From NCBI GenBank assembly GCA_963842525.1, contig CAWJGT010000009.1, positions 1,024,001 through 1,088,000 on the forward strand: 64,000 bases of DNA. Direction: 5' to 3'. Under the pieces are notes generated by a model. The model was not told where the DNA came from. It saw only the letters and a list, made by a program, of their open reading frames with translations, and ran no database searches. A program made the position numbers and the translations under genes. Origin of the DNA: an uncultured Holophagales bacterium. Lineage in GTDB: Bacteria > Acidobacteriota > Thermoanaerobaculia > Multivoradales > UBA5704. Positions 38,535-49,517 of this stretch are shown one piece after another (within the stretch, counting starts at the first letter, position 1; every line of letters starts with the position of its first letter).

Positions 38535-40477
38535 GATGCCGGTTTCACCGCCGGCGTGCCCTTCAGGTACTTGTCCAGGAACGCCAGCGTTGCCTCGTAG
38601 GCCTTCTTCTGGCTCTCCTTGCGGGCGAAGCCGTGCCCCTCGTTCTCGAAGACGAGATATTCCACCGGCACGCCCTTCTTCTTGACCGCCTCGACGATCG
38701 AGTCCGACTCCTGCTTCAGGACCCGCGGATCGTTCGCGCCCTGGAGGACGAGGAGCGGCCTCTCGATCTTGTCGGCGTGGAAGAGAGGAGAGATCCGGGC
38801 CAGGTAGTCGGCGTCCTTGACCGGGTCCCCGATCTCCTGGACGAGCGCGTCGCGGATCGCTCCCCACCACTGCGGGATGCTCTCCATCGTCCGCTTCCAG
38901 TTCGAGATCCCGTACATGTCCACCCCGGCCGCGAACTCCTTCGGCCGGAAGGTGAGTGCGGCGAGCACCATGTAGCCGCCGTAGCTGCCGCCGTAGATGC
39001 CAATCCGGTCGGCGTCGATCCAGCCGGTCGCGGCCAGCATCCGCTTGCTCGCGACACAGTCGTCCAGGTCCGCGTTGCCGTGCTTGCGGTCATCCAGCCC
39101 GTAGAAGGTCTTGCCATAGCCGGAGCTGCCCCGGTTGTTGATGTCGAAGACGGCGTAGCCATGGTTGACCAGGTACTGGATGAGGCCGTTGTAGCCGATC
39201 GTGGCCTGGCCGCCGGGGCCGCCGTGCACCTTCACGAGGGCCGGCACCCTGGCCTTCGCCGAGGACCCGTGCGGCTGGTAGAGGATGCCGGGGATCTCCA
39301 GGCCGTCGTAGGACTTGAAGCGCACCACCTTGCCGGCCACCAGGTCCGCCGGATCGATGGCGGGGCTGAGGCTCTGCGTGAGCTGCCGGTCCTTGCCGCT
39401 CTTCAGGTCGCGGACAAACAGGTTGGCCGGCGTGCTGCCTGTCTCGACGTAGTAGGCCAGCCACCGGCCGTCCGGCGAGAACGTGAGGTCGTCGAGGCTG
39501 GCGTCCGGGACCTCCGGCAGGGGCACGGGGCGCATCCCCGCCGTCTCGAAGGCGCGCACCTCGGTGCGTGCGTCGTTGTTGATTTCGACCAGGAAGTGCT
39601 TGCCGTCCCGGGAGAAGCGGGCCGCCTCCACGTCCCAGTCGGGTTGCAGCACCGTCGTGCGCTGGCCCGAGGCCAGGTCGTAGCGCACCAGGTACTTGAA
39701 CTGCGAGCCCTGATCGGTCGTGTAGTAGAGGCTCGCGCCGTCCGGGCTGAAGGTCTGGGGCACACTGTTCACCTGGGAGGCCGGCGGATCGTCCGGTGTG
39801 AGGAGGCTGGTCTTTCCGGTCGTGCGGTCGTGCAGATACACGTCCGCGTCGGACGTGCCCTGCGACTTGTTGAGCGCGACATAGCGCCGGTCCGGCGAGA
39901 CGCCGCCGGGCAGGAAGCCGCCTTCGTTGGTGTAGAGAAGCTTGCGCTCGTAGCCGTCGAGCGTCATCTCGTAGACGTCGAAGGCGCTCGGGTCGCGCTC
40001 GTTGGTCGAGAAGAAGAACGAGCGCTGGTCGGGCGCCCAGCCGCCGAATTCGGCCTTGAGCTTCTCGCCCGGCGTGAGGTCGCGGACCTTGCCGTCCGGC
40101 GACTGGGCATAGAGGTGCGTCTGCTCGTTGCCCCCCTGGTCGCTCGAATAGAGGAAGCGCTCGTCCTTGGGGAAGTAGCCGAGCGCCTGGATGGCGTTGA
40201 CCTTGGAGTCGGTCAGTTGGACCGGCGGGCCGCCGTCGACCGGGACCGCGAAGGCGTTGTACACCCCGGATTTGTCGCTGCTCACCAGGATCTTGCGGCC
40301 GTCCGGCGAGAAGGAAGAGCCGTTATAGATCGTGGTGGCGAGGAGCTGCTCGATCGTGTACTGGCGCACCTGGCGCTGCGCCGGCTGGGCTGCGGCGCTC
40401 TGGCCCGCGGCGCCGCTGCCGGCGAGCAGGGCGGCCGTCAGAAGGCCGAGAGAGAGGATGCGGGAGGTTCGGGTCAT
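38531..40477 (-). CDS. S9 family prolyl oligopeptidase/acylaminoacyl peptidase
   Basis: HGGP, RGSSGYG, GGSYGG (nucleophile), GANDPRV, EGHGF; signal peptide. Confidence 0.92.
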   Translation of the reverse strand: MTRTSRILSLGLLTAALLAGSGAAGQSAAAQPAQRQVRQYTIEQLLATTIYNGSSFSPDGRKILVSSDKSGVYNAFAVPVDGGPPVQLTDSKVNAIQALGYFPKDERFLYSSDQGGNEQTHLYAQSPDGKVRDLTPGEKLKAEFGGWAPDQRSFFFSTNERDPSAFDVYEMTLDGYERKLLYTNEGGFLPGGVSPDRRYVALNKSQGTSDADVYLHDRTTGKTSLLTPDDPPASQVNSVPQTFSPDGASLYYTTDQGSQFKYLVRYDLASGQRTTVLQPDWDVEAARFSRDGKHFLVEINNDARTEVRAFETAGMRPVPLPEVPDASLDDLTFSPDGRWLAYYVETGSTPANLFVRDLKSGKDRQLTQSLSPAIDPADLVAGKVVRFKSYDGLEIPGILYQPHGSSAKARVPALVKVHGGPGGQATIGYNGLIQYLVNHGYAVFDINNRGSSGYGKTFYGLDDRKHGNADLDDCVASKRMLAATGWIDADRIGIYGGSYGGYMVLAALTFRPKEFAAGVDMYGISNWKRTMESIPQWWGAIRDALVQEIGDPVKDADYLARISPLFHADKIERPLLVLQGANDPRVLKQESDSIVEAVKKKGVPVEYLVFENEGHGFARKESQKKAYEATLAFLDKYLKGTPAVKPAS

Positions 40478-40645
40478 GGTATGTCTCCTGGGTTTGCGCT
40501 TCGCAGGGGATTCTCGCATGGGAAGGTGCCGGCGCCCATCCGGAGAGGACCTCCTCCCCCGCGCGCCGGCGCCGGCGGAGTACGCGCTTTGCGCACGTCG
40601 AAGGAGTCGTGCACACACCAGCACAACGCCCGCTGCGGTTGATCC

Positions 40646-41791
40646 TTACCGCGGCTCCGTGTACCCCGTCAGCTCCACATACCCCAGGCCGTCCACCGGC
40701 CGGCCCGCCCGGGTGCCCTCGACCTCGACCGCGCCCTCCCAGTAGCGGAACGACACGTCGAGCTCCTGGTCCGCCAGCAGGGGAGTCACCGTGAGGTCGA
40801 GGTCCTGCGAAGGGACCCGCAGCCGCCACCTTGCAGGATAGCGGGCCTGGCTGCGTGGGCTCTCCCAGCGGTCCGTGGCCTCGATGGCGAAGTCGTCCAG
40901 CCCGAGCCGGCGGGTGGCGCCGGAAGGCCCGATCACCGTGCCGCTGCTCGCCGGATCGGCGCTGCCGTCGCGGCGGCGGAGGCGGTAGAGCATGAGCTCC
41001 GAGCCGTCCGCGAGCTGGAGGGAGAACCAATCCCAGCCCACTTGGTCCGGACCGAGCGCGCTGGTGCTCCATTCGCGGTCCATCCAGGCCGAGCCGGAGA
41101 CCGCGAGCCGCTCCTCGCCGACGCGCACTGTACCGGCGGCGGGCATGCGGGTCAGCGAGTAGTAATAGGACGCGTTGCCCGGCTCGGCGCTCTTGCGGCT
41201 CAGCCCGCGGTCGCCCTGAAGCACCGGAGGCTTTCCCTGCCGCAACAGGAGATCGATCCCCACCTCACCCTGGGCCGCGCGGAGCCGCAGCGGAAACACC
41301 GGGCCGCCGTCTGCCGCAGCCGACCAGTCCTGGAGCCAGACCCGGAACGGCAGGGCCTGCGCACCGGCGAGGCCGACCGCACCGCGGCTCCACCGCTCAA
41401 AAGAGTGGAACCGTCCGCCGGCCACATCGGTCACCGTGAAATGGGCGAGCCATGCCTGGCGCGCCGCCCACGCCGATTCCCGCGGCGGCATGGCCGGAGC
41501 GAGCGCCGAACGGAAGAACGTGAGCTGGAACCCGAATTGCCGCCCGTCCCGGCTCGCGAGATTGCCCGTGAAATACCACCACTCGGTGCGGAAGTCAGGA
41601 TGCGGCCCATGATCGGCGGGGAAGGCGAAATCCCGCGGCGCGAGAGCCTTGGCATAGCCGCGGTCGTCAGCCGCCCGGAGCGCTCCGGCCACCGACAGAG
41701 AGGCCTCCGGGGCGGCAGGCTCCTTGTCACGGCAATGCAGGAGAGGCCCGACGGCGAGCAGGAGAGCGATCCCAAGGAGCCGTCCATTCAT
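40646..41791 (-). CDS. AttH/CrtC-like lipocalin-domain protein
   Basis: FPADHGPHPDFRTEWWY, GFQLTFFR, ASYYYS, WMDREW, GWDWF, YWEG, GYVELTGY. Confidence 0.88.
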   Translation of the reverse strand: MNGRLLGIALLLAVGPLLHCRDKEPAAPEASLSVAGALRAADDRGYAKALAPRDFAFPADHGPHPDFRTEWWYFTGNLASRDGRQFGFQLTFFRSALAPAMPPRESAWAARQAWLAHFTVTDVAGGRFHSFERWSRGAVGLAGAQALPFRVWLQDWSAAADGGPVFPLRLRAAQGEVGIDLLLRQGKPPVLQGDRGLSRKSAEPGNASYYYSLTRMPAAGTVRVGEERLAVSGSAWMDREWSTSALGPDQVGWDWFSLQLADGSELMLYRLRRRDGSADPASSGTVIGPSGATRRLGLDDFAIEATDRWESPRSQARYPARWRLRVPSQDLDLTVTPLLADQELDVSFRYWEGAVEVEGTRAGRPVDGLGYVELTGYTEPR

Positions 41792-41836
41792 CCGGCCGGG
41801 ATCATATGCGAGCTCCGGAGCTCTCTTTTCAGAGTA

Positions 41837-42997
41837 TCAGCTCAGGATCTGCCCGCCCCACAGGCGCGCCAGGAACTCCCGCCAGGGAAGGACCTCGATA
41901 CCTTCGACGAGACGAGGGGCGCTTTCGTTGCAGACGAGGATGGCGTGGCGCGGGTGGTTGTCCTCGACGAAAGCATGGAGGGAACGGAAATCCGAAGGGT
42001 CGAGCCGCGAGGTCCCCTTGACTTCCACCGCGACCTCGGCGTCCCCGAGCACGAAGTCCACTTCGAGGCCGCTCTTCGTCCGCCAGAAGTGGACTCCGTA
42101 GCCGAGCTCCCGGTAGGCCCTGTGAGCCTGGATCTCCATGAGGATGAAGTGCTCGAGCGCCCGGCCGAAGAGCTCACCCCTTGTCTCCACGATGCGCCGG
42201 CGCGTCAGGGCTCCTGCCACACCTACGTCGAACAGGTAGAACTTTGGGGTTTTTCCGATGACCTGCCGCTCCTGGCGCCGCTTCCATGGCTCAATGAAAG
42301 TGCCGAGAAGCGTGTCGACGAGGATCTGGTAGTACTCCTTCACGGTTTTCGCATCGACGCCGCAGTCCCGCGCGATGTTGGCGTAGTTCGTGAGATCGCC
42401 GTGGGAGTAGCCCATGGCCTCGAAGAAACGTGAGAAGGCGGCCATGTTGCGGGTGAGCCCCTCGTCGAAGACTTCCTCTTTCAAGTAGTCCACGACGTAG
42501 GCTTCGAGAGAGCGCCTGTACTCCGGGCTCAGGTAGTGCGCCGGGACGAGGCCTCGGTTGAGCGCTTGCAGGAGATCGAGATCTCCGATCTCGATCGATA
42601 CGAGCGGGTGCATCTCGTAGCGCCAGGCCCGCCCACCCAGGAGGTTGACGCCGCCCCTCTTGAGCTTGCGAGCGCTCGACCCGCACAGGATGAAGCTCAG
42701 CCCCCGGTTCTCGATGAGCCAGTGAACCTCGTCGAGCAGTTGGGGGACCTTCTGGACCTCGTCCAGGATCACCGGAGAGCGCAGCTTCGCGGGAGGGGCC
42801 GCCAGGAGGCGCTCGCGGAGCAGGGCCGGGCGTTTTGTGAGCTCCAGCAGGAGGTCCGTCTGGAGCAGGTCGAAGGTCAGGCTGTCGGAAAACGACGAAT
42901 GGAGATAGGTGCTCTTCCCGGTCTTGCGGGGTCCCCAGAGAAACGCCGACTGGCGGGGCGGCAAGGCGATTCGCAGGGCGCGCTCGATTTGTACCAT
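41837..42997 (-). CDS. AAA_14 ATPase with DUF4143 (PD-(D/E)xK-like) C-terminus
   Basis: GPRKTGKS, ILDEVQK, GSS, LGGRA, PKFYLFDVG, EVDFV..AVEVK. Confidence 0.9.
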   Translation of the reverse strand: MVQIERALRIALPPRQSAFLWGPRKTGKSTYLHSSFSDSLTFDLLQTDLLLELTKRPALLRERLLAAPPAKLRSPVILDEVQKVPQLLDEVHWLIENRGLSFILCGSSARKLKRGGVNLLGGRAWRYEMHPLVSIEIGDLDLLQALNRGLVPAHYLSPEYRRSLEAYVVDYLKEEVFDEGLTRNMAAFSRFFEAMGYSHGDLTNYANIARDCGVDAKTVKEYYQILVDTLLGTFIEPWKRRQERQVIGKTPKFYLFDVGVAGALTRRRIVETRGELFGRALEHFILMEIQAHRAYRELGYGVHFWRTKSGLEVDFVLGDAEVAVEVKGTSRLDPSDFRSLHAFVEDNHPRHAILVCNESAPRLVEGIEVLPWREFLARLWGGQILS

Positions 42998-43153
42998 TCG
43001 GGAGTGAGCTCCCATTTTGGTCTGACCAAACGGGAGCATACTCCGCGAATAGCTGTGGCCGCAAGGAAGGACGGTCCGGTAGCGGCACGCCGAGCAAGAG
43101 GGCGATCCAGATCCGGAATCGCCCCCCTTTTGCCTCTCTACGTTACCGGAATG

Positions 43154-43456
43154 TCAGGGGCACTCTCCCCCGGGACAGCACAGGAACTGGTTGCAGAGGC
43201 AGCGGTTGGAGGGGGTGCAGAAGCAGGCGGGCTGGTAGGGGCATGGACAATCTGCGACCGTGGAGCATGGTGTGCCGGCCAGAAAGATGGCCGACTCGAG
43301 GGCCTGAAGATCTTCGTAGGCCTGAGAATCAGCGCCATCGAGGACCTGCTTGCACTCCTTGGCCGTGAGGTCTGCCCACGGCTCTGCCGCCGTCGCCTGA
43401 CCCGCGAAGCTGAACAGCAAGACCAATGCGAACACAACCAAGAGTCTCGTTCTCAT
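43154..43456 (-). CDS. Small secreted Cys-rich peptide precursor
   Basis: Signal peptide, acidic pro-region, C-terminal 40 aa with 10 Cys; strong RBS ggaggatagg. Confidence 0.7.
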   Translation of the reverse strand: MRTRLLVVFALVLLFSFAGQATAAEPWADLTAKECKQVLDGADSQAYEDLQALESAIFLAGTPCSTVADCPCPYQPACFCTPSNRCLCNQFLCCPGGECP

Positions 43457-43659
43457 TTCCTATCCTCCTTCCGTTGGTGGACAGCGCCTGCGGAGGAAAC
43501 CGTTCCGCCGCCCGCGCAGGCAGCCACTCTTCATGGTGCTCTGCGCCGCCGCAACGGGACGGACCCCCATCTGATGGGGGAGAAGGCCGGCCTGAGCCGG
43601 TTGCAGTAGAATCCAGCAGTAGCGGTCCCACAGTCGTCGACTTGAATCGAGGAGGTCTC

Positions 43660-44853
43660 ATGAAGTGGCTCGTCCTCACAGCGCTCGCTCTCCTCGCAGG
43701 GAATCCCTCAGCACTTGGTACGGCTGATGTGGTGAAGGAGGCCCACCTGGGCTCGCTGCAGGAAGGCGAGTTGCAGAAGCTCCTCGATCAGTTGCGGAAA
43801 GACGCCGGAGCCCCTGGAGCCATCCTTGGCATAGCTTCGGGGGACGGTCATCTCAAGGTTGTGGCGAGCGGCCAAGCCGACCGCGAGGCCGGCAGGCCGA
43901 TGGCCCCCGACACGCCCTATTTTCTCGGCAGCATCACCAAGACCTACACCGCCGTGGTCATCCTGCGTCTTGCAGAAGAAGGACGCCTCTCTCTCGACGA
44001 TCCCATAGCGCGTTTCCTACCCGCGTTCCCGGAGGGATCGAAGATCACCATTCGCCACCTCCTCACGCACACCAGCGGCCTGAAAGACTTCTATTCGCAT
44101 TTCTACTACCGGCCTGACCGCGAAGAGATGATCAGGCTGGTCACGAAGCGGTGGACGGAGGAGGAGCTTCTCGAGCTGTCTGGCCGTTTTGGCCGCTGGT
44201 TCGATCCCGGTACGGATTGGGATTACAGCAACACGGGCTACTACCTCCTCGGCGTCATCATCGAGCGCGCCAGCGGCCTGGCGTTGACTGAGGCGTACCG
44301 GCGCTACATCTACGAGCCTCTCGGCCTCCGCCGGACCTGGCTCGCCCAGCATGAAGAGGCGCGCGGGCCTTTGCCTGTAGGCTACATGGGGCCCGTGGAG
44401 GGCTGGAAACATTCCGAGATGTTTGGCGAGCTCGGATCCACAGCTGTGTTGGACCAGTCTTCGGTGGAGCTGAGCGCGGGCGGCCTGGCGGCCCCGGCGG
44501 AGGAGAGCCTTCAATTCCTCCGCGGGCTTTTTACAGGGAAGCTCCTGGCCCCCGCGTCGCTGGAAGCCATGCAGGGGTTTCGTGCCACGCCCTCTCTCGG
44601 CCTGTTCAGCAAGAGCGCGGCGCCTCCCAGCAAATTTGAAGGCTACGGCATGGGCTTCGTGAAGATCGAGCGTGCGGGCGTCACGCTCCTGGGGCATGGA
44701 GGGTTGTTCACCGGCCATGCGGCGGGGGTGTGGCACATCCCCGAACGCGGCATCACGTTCGCTCTGTACTTCAATCGTGGTCTCATCGATCAACGGCCAG
44801 CGCTGGATCAGGTGATCCACGTCGTGACGCGCCCGATTAAAGTGCCGGATTAA
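43660..44853 (+). CDS. Serine hydrolase, beta-lactamase/D-Ala-D-Ala peptidase family; last codons supplied by a repeat array
   Basis: GSITK, DYSN, GHGG; RBS ggagg. Confidence 0.9.
   Translation: MKWLVLTALALLAGNPSALGTADVVKEAHLGSLQEGELQKLLDQLRKDAGAPGAILGIASGDGHLKVVASGQADREAGRPMAPDTPYFLGSITKTYTAVVILRLAEEGRLSLDDPIARFLPAFPEGSKITIRHLLTHTSGLKDFYSHFYYRPDREEMIRLVTKRWTEEELLELSGRFGRWFDPGTDWDYSNTGYYLLGVIIERASGLALTEAYRRYIYEPLGLRRTWLAQHEEARGPLPVGYMGPVEGWKHSEMFGELGSTAVLDQSSVELSAGGLAAPAEESLQFLRGLFTGKLLAPASLEAMQGFRATPSLGLFSKSAAPPSKFEGYGMGFVKIERAGVTLLGHGGLFTGHAAGVWHIPERGITFALYFNRGLIDQRPALDQVIHVVTRPIKVPD
44795..44832 (+). repeat. 38-bp direct repeat, left copy (island boundary)
   Basis: ggccagcgctggatcaggtgatccacgtcgtgacgcgc; one mismatch to 57275-57312. 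Confidence 0.92.
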
Positions 44854-44903
44854 AGTGCCACCCAATTCGGATTAAAGTGCCGGATTAAAGTGCCACCCAA
44901 TTC
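44833..44903 (+). repeat. Stuttered motif array: GGATTAAAGTGCC and GGATTAAAGTGCCACCCAATTC in ABAB order
   Basis: Read directly. Confidence 0.9.
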
Positions 44904-44979
44904 AATCCCGCACCTCGGCGATTTCGATGAGGTGCAGCCTGGATCGATCGAACGACCGCGCGCAGAAGGGGGATCGAAC

Positions 44980-45288
44980 ATGGCACAGGTAGCCTTGGGA
45001 TTGCTCGTCCGTCTGGAAGCGAAGCCCGGCAAGGAAGAAGAGGTCGAGAATTTCCTGCGAGGCGGGCTGGCGATCGTCGACGAGGAGCCGGCGACGATCG
45101 CATGGTTTGCGATCCGCCTCGGCCCGACGACGTTCGGCATCTTCGACGCCTTCCCGGATGAAGCCGGCCGGCAGGCCCACCTCACGGGCCGGGTCGCGGC
45201 AGCGCTGATGGCGAAGGCGCCGGACCTGTTCGCCCAGCCGCCTGCCATCGAAAAGGTCGACGTCCTGGCGGCCAAGCTGCCGGGGTGA
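44980..45288 (+). CDS. ABM/quinol monooxygenase-like protein
   Basis: LEAKPGKEEEV..EEP.T.AWFA..FGIFDAFPDEAGRQAHL. Confidence 0.85.
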   Translation: MAQVALGLLVRLEAKPGKEEEVENFLRGGLAIVDEEPATIAWFAIRLGPTTFGIFDAFPDEAGRQAHLTGRVAAALMAKAPDLFAQPPAIEKVDVLAAKLPG

Positions 45289-45875
45289 CCGAGAACGAAG
45301 GACGGGCGCCGCAGGGCGGCTCTCAGGTCCGAAGCAGAGGCGAGAAGGCCGCCGCCGAGAACGGCGCCGCCCTGCCGCTCGTGCAGGAGGATGCGCAGGC
45401 CGGGTGAGGGCGTGACTTCCCTGGCCAGGCGGTGTTCCGCAGAGATGGCCCAGTCCATGACCACCCAACCCGCCGGGTCCACCGCTGGCGGCCCTCGACA
45501 TCTTCAGGAGATCGTCGTCTAGAACTCCTGGATCGCTCTGGCTACCAGCTTGAGGAGGGTTCGACCTCCGGCGCTCGTCAGGAGGGAGAGCCGCGGATAG
45601 CGATATTGACAGGGTGGGATCACATGCTCGCCAGACTGGCAAGCGGGGACCTGAGGCTCGGCAGCGAGCCGATCGTAGACCTGCCAGTCAGACTGGCTCT
45701 GCGCAGCGAAGGCGGAAGCCCATCCTTCCCGGGAGGGCGGCATCAGTTTGGCTCGGAACGGAACGGACGAAGCGTTCGGCGCGGGACAGGTCCCGGAAAT
45801 AAGGTCCTGGCGCGCGGGGTGCTGCTGGGGTTCGGGGAGGGGCAGCGGGATTAGGCACAATGCTGAAATTCTTTT

Positions 45876-46295
45876 GAGGTACCTCGGAACCGTTCGGAGG
45901 TACCGGAAAAAACTTCCGAGGTACCTCAGAAGTTTTCTGAGGTGCCCCAAAAACTTTTCGAGGTACCTCGGAACCGTTCGGAGGTACCGGAAAAAACTTC
46001 TGAGGTACCTCAGAAGCTTTCCGAGGTACTCCAGAAACTTTTCGAGGTACCTCGGAACCGTTCGGAGGTACCGGAAAAAAGTTCTGAGGTACCTCAGAAG
46101 TTTTCCGAGGTACTCCAGAAATTTTTTGAGGTACCTCGGAACCGTTCGGAAGTACCGGAGAAAACTTCTGAAGCCCGCCAGATCTCTTCAGAAGCGCTCC
46201 AGAATTCCTCGGAAGCTCCGGAGAACGGACCGGAAGTCCCGGAGAATCGTCAGGAAGCCCTCTCAAATCGTCCTCAAGCACGCCAGAAGCCTCGC
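45876..46295. repeat. About 20 x 21-bp array with an 84-bp higher-order period
   Basis: GAGGTAC (once GAGGTGC) at 45876, 45897 ... 46128, decaying to GAAG(C/T) at 46149-46254; four unit types cycle. Confidence 0.92.
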
Positions 46296-46308
46296 CTGCC
46301 CTCTCCTG

Positions 46309-46860
46309 TCAACTGGGCTGCGCCTGCCCGAAGCGGAGAGAAGGATCTGTCCGCGCCTCCTGAAGATACCTCGCATACTCCCGGACCGACCGGACCGTGA
46401 GCTGCTCCTGTCGCGCGGCCTCCTGGAAGAGCATCAGCGCGGCGACCGCTTCGCGATGGACGTCCTGCGCCTGGAAGATGGGGAAGATCTCCTCCGCCAG
46501 CCGCTTTACGTCCGCCACGCGCCCTTCCCGGACATAGAGGAGCGCGAGGTCCTCGATCGACACCATGGCCGCGTCATACCCGATGCCCTGGGCAAGGAAC
46601 CCGTCGCGCACCTGGAGGAAGATACGTTCGGCCTCCTCGCTCCGTCCGAGCCCGGCGGCGATCTTGCCCTGGAGCCACGAGAGCCGGAGCTGTGTCCACG
46701 CCTCGGGGAACTCCCGGTAGAGGCCCTCGTCCAGGACGAGCATCTCCGCCGCCTCGCGGTACTGGCGGTCCTCCGTCAGATACCGGGCCAGATTGTTGTA
46801 CCGCGCACAAAGGTAGAGCCGCGAGTCGTCCTCGGTCCGGATCGCCTGGGATGGCGCATC
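46309..46860 (-). pseudogene. 3' fragment of a TPR-like helical protein
   Basis: [51 protein letters not shown]; 5' end replaced by the intI fragment. Confidence 0.65.
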
Positions 46861-47267
46861 GGTGGCCTTTCTGGAGCACCCACCGCTCGCCTTCCGCCAT
46901 GGGAGGGAGGGGGGCGGTCCGCGTCCGCCACCTGCCCGTGGTGCTCACGCGGGAGGAGGTCAGGAGGATTCTCTCGTACATGACCGGCGGCGACCATCTC
47001 TTCATCTCTCTCCTGTACGGCACAGGTATGAGGCTGGCCGAGTGCCAGCGTCTGCGGGTCAAGGATCTCGACTTCGCCCAGCACCAGATCACGATCCGCG
47101 ATGGGAAGGGTGCAAAGGACCGGGTCACGATGTTGCCCGAGACCCTCGCGCCCGCCCTTGTTGGGCGACAATTAGAACTGCGGGGTGACGACAACTAGAA
47201 TTGCGGGTTTCCAGCCCTCGTAAACGCCTGTCCCGTAGGCTCTTGGCCCTCATGAATTGGGGGGCTG

Positions 47268-48744
47268 ATGTTGACGGATAGGCAGGTAAGGAGATTGAGG
47301 ATGGAACTTGGCAAGGGAGAGTCGTTGTCGAGCGCAGCTCTGCGCTCCGGGATGAGTGAGAACACGGCTCGGCGGTATCGCGAGGGTGGGCTTCCGGGCC
47401 AGCGCAGGGTGGTGCGGCAGTATCGGACCCGGCCGGACCCGTTTGCCGGGGTGTGGCCTGAGATCGAAGGGATGCTCGAGCAGGCGCCCGGCCTGGAGGC
47501 GGTGACGATCTTCGAGGCTCCTGAGGGGGCGGCCGGAGCTGAGCTTTTCGGATGGTCAGCTGCGTACGTTGCAGCGGCGGATCCGTCGTTGGCGGGCGTC
47601 GCAGGGTCCCGAGCGGGAGGTGATGTTCGCGCAGGAGCACCGCCCGGGGGAGTACGCCCAGAGTGATTTCACGAGTATGACGGAACTGGGCATCTGCTTC
47701 GGAGGCGAGCCGTTCGACCACCTGGTGTTCCATTTTGTGTTGCCGTACTCGAACTGGGAGACGGGCGGGATCTGCTTTTCGGAGAGTTTTGAGGCTCTGA
47801 TCAGTGGCTTCCAGGCCGCGGTCTGGGAGCTGGGCAAGGTGCCGAAGCTGCACCGGACGGACAACCTTTCGGCGGCCACCCACGAGTTGGGCGAGGGGGG
47901 CCGGACGTTCAACGAGCGCTACCTGGGTGCGCTCGCGCACTACCAGGTCCAGCCCGACTGCAACACCCCTGGGCGTGGCCACGAAAACGGCGATGTGGAG
48001 CAGGCGCACCACCGCTTCAAGCGGGCGGTCCAGCAAGCGCTTCTGCTGCGGGGAAGCCGGGAGTTTTCGAGCCGCGCCGCGTACGAGGTGTTCTTGGGGG
48101 AGATCTTTTTGGGGCGCAACCGGGGCCGTGCCGACAAGCTGCGCGAGGAGCTGGAGCAGATGAGGGATCTGCCGCTGTCGCGCCTGGACGATTTCCGGCG
48201 GGAGCGGGTCCGGGTCAGCGTGTTTTCCACCCTGCGGGTGTCCAACAACGTCTACTCGGTGGCCTCGCGGCTGATCGGCGAATGGGTGGACATTCGGCTG
48301 TATGCGGAGCGGATCGAGGTGCACTTCGCCGGCGAACGGGTGGCCGAGATGGATCGCCTTCGGGGCCGCGGCCACGCCGCCATCGACTATCGCCATCTGA
48401 TCTGGTCGTTAATCCGCAAACCGGGAGCGTTCGCGCGCTACCGGTACCGGGAGGCGCTGTTTCCGAGCCTGGTTTTCCGGCAGACCTACGATGCGCTGGA
48501 GGGGCGGCACGGGGCGCGTGCGGACGTGGAGTACGTGCGGATCCTGCACCTGGCGGCGAGCACGGGAGAGAGCGCGGTGGAGGGTGTGCTGGCGGCCCTG
48601 TTGGAGAGCGGCGAGCTGCGGGACTTCGCTCAGGTGCAGACGGCCCTTCGGCCGGTGCGCCTGGAGCCGCCGGTGTGCCGGATCGATCCTCCGGACCTTC
48701 GGGTCTACGACGAGTGCATCGCCGCGGCAGGAGGTGGCCTGTGA
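47268..48744 (+). CDS. istA: IS21 transposase, frameshift near 47518
   Basis: YRTRPDPF, QEHRPGEYAQSDFT, RTDNLSAA, HENGDVE, NVYSV.SRLIG; two overlapping frames. Confidence 0.88.
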
Positions 48745-49517
48745 AGCCGGCCAGCGAGGCGGGATTGCCGCTGCTGCTGAAATCGTTGTGCCTGCCGACC
48801 TTCGCCCGGGAGTACGCGACGGTGGCCGTCCAGGCGGTGCGTGGGGGGCTCACCCACGAGGGGTATCTGCTGGCTCTGGCCGAGCAAGAGGCCAGCGAAC
48901 GGTGCGAGCGCCGGGTGGAGAGACTGCTTCAGGAGTCCAGGCTGCCGCGAGAAAAGAGCCTGGCGGGCTTCGAGGTGGGCCGGCTTCCACCCAAGGCCAG
49001 GGCGGCCCTGGCCGCTCTTCAGGACGGCTCGTTTCTTGACCAAGCCACCAATCTGATCGTGTTTGGCAACCCCGGGACCGGCAAGTCTCACCTGGTCTGC
49101 GGTCTGGGCCAGGAGCTGGTGCGCGGGGGCCGGACGGTGCTGTTTTCCCCGACGTACCAGATCGTCCAGCGGCTCCTGGCCGCGAAGCGGGATCTGCGCC
49201 TGGCGGCCGAGCTGAAGCGGCTGGACCGATTCGAAGCCCTGATCCTGGACGACCTCGGCTACGTCGAGCAAAGCCGCGAGGAGATGGAGGTTCTGTTTAC
49301 CCTGATCGCCGAGCGGTACGAGAGGCGCTCGGTGCTGATCACCAGCAACCTGGTGTTCAGCAAGTGGGAGCAGATTTTCAAGGACCCGATGACGACGGCG
49401 GCCGCGGTGGATCGGATCGTCCACCATTCGGTGATCCTGGAGCTGAGCATCGAGAGCTACCGGGCACAGGCGGCCAAGGAGAGAGCTGCGGGAGCCAAGG
49501 GGGCCCGCGGGGCGTGA
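48741..49517 (+). CDS. istB: IS21 helper ATPase
   Basis: GNPGTGKSH, LILDDLGY, ERYERRS..TSN, AAVDRIVHH, SYR. Confidence 0.93.
   Translation: MKPASEAGLPLLLKSLCLPTFAREYATVAVQAVRGGLTHEGYLLALAEQEASERCERRVERLLQESRLPREKSLAGFEVGRLPPKARAALAALQDGSFLDQATNLIVFGNPGTGKSHLVCGLGQELVRGGRTVLFSPTYQIVQRLLAAKRDLRLAAELKRLDRFEALILDDLGYVEQSREEMEVLFTLIAERYERRSVLITSNLVFSKWEQIFKDPMTTAAAVDRIVHHSVILELSIESYRAQAAKERAAGAKGARGA

Noticed and set aside
45876-46295. CRISPR array
   Set aside because: The constant part is only 7-10 bp, the variable parts recur every four units instead of being unique, and there are no cas genes.
45748-46983. 411-aa Arg-rich ORF across the 21-bp array
   Set aside because: It combines a stop-free repeat with the antisense of the TPR fragment and has no credible start.
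47500-47530. Programmed frameshift in istA
   Set aside because: No slippery heptamer; a single extra base explains it.
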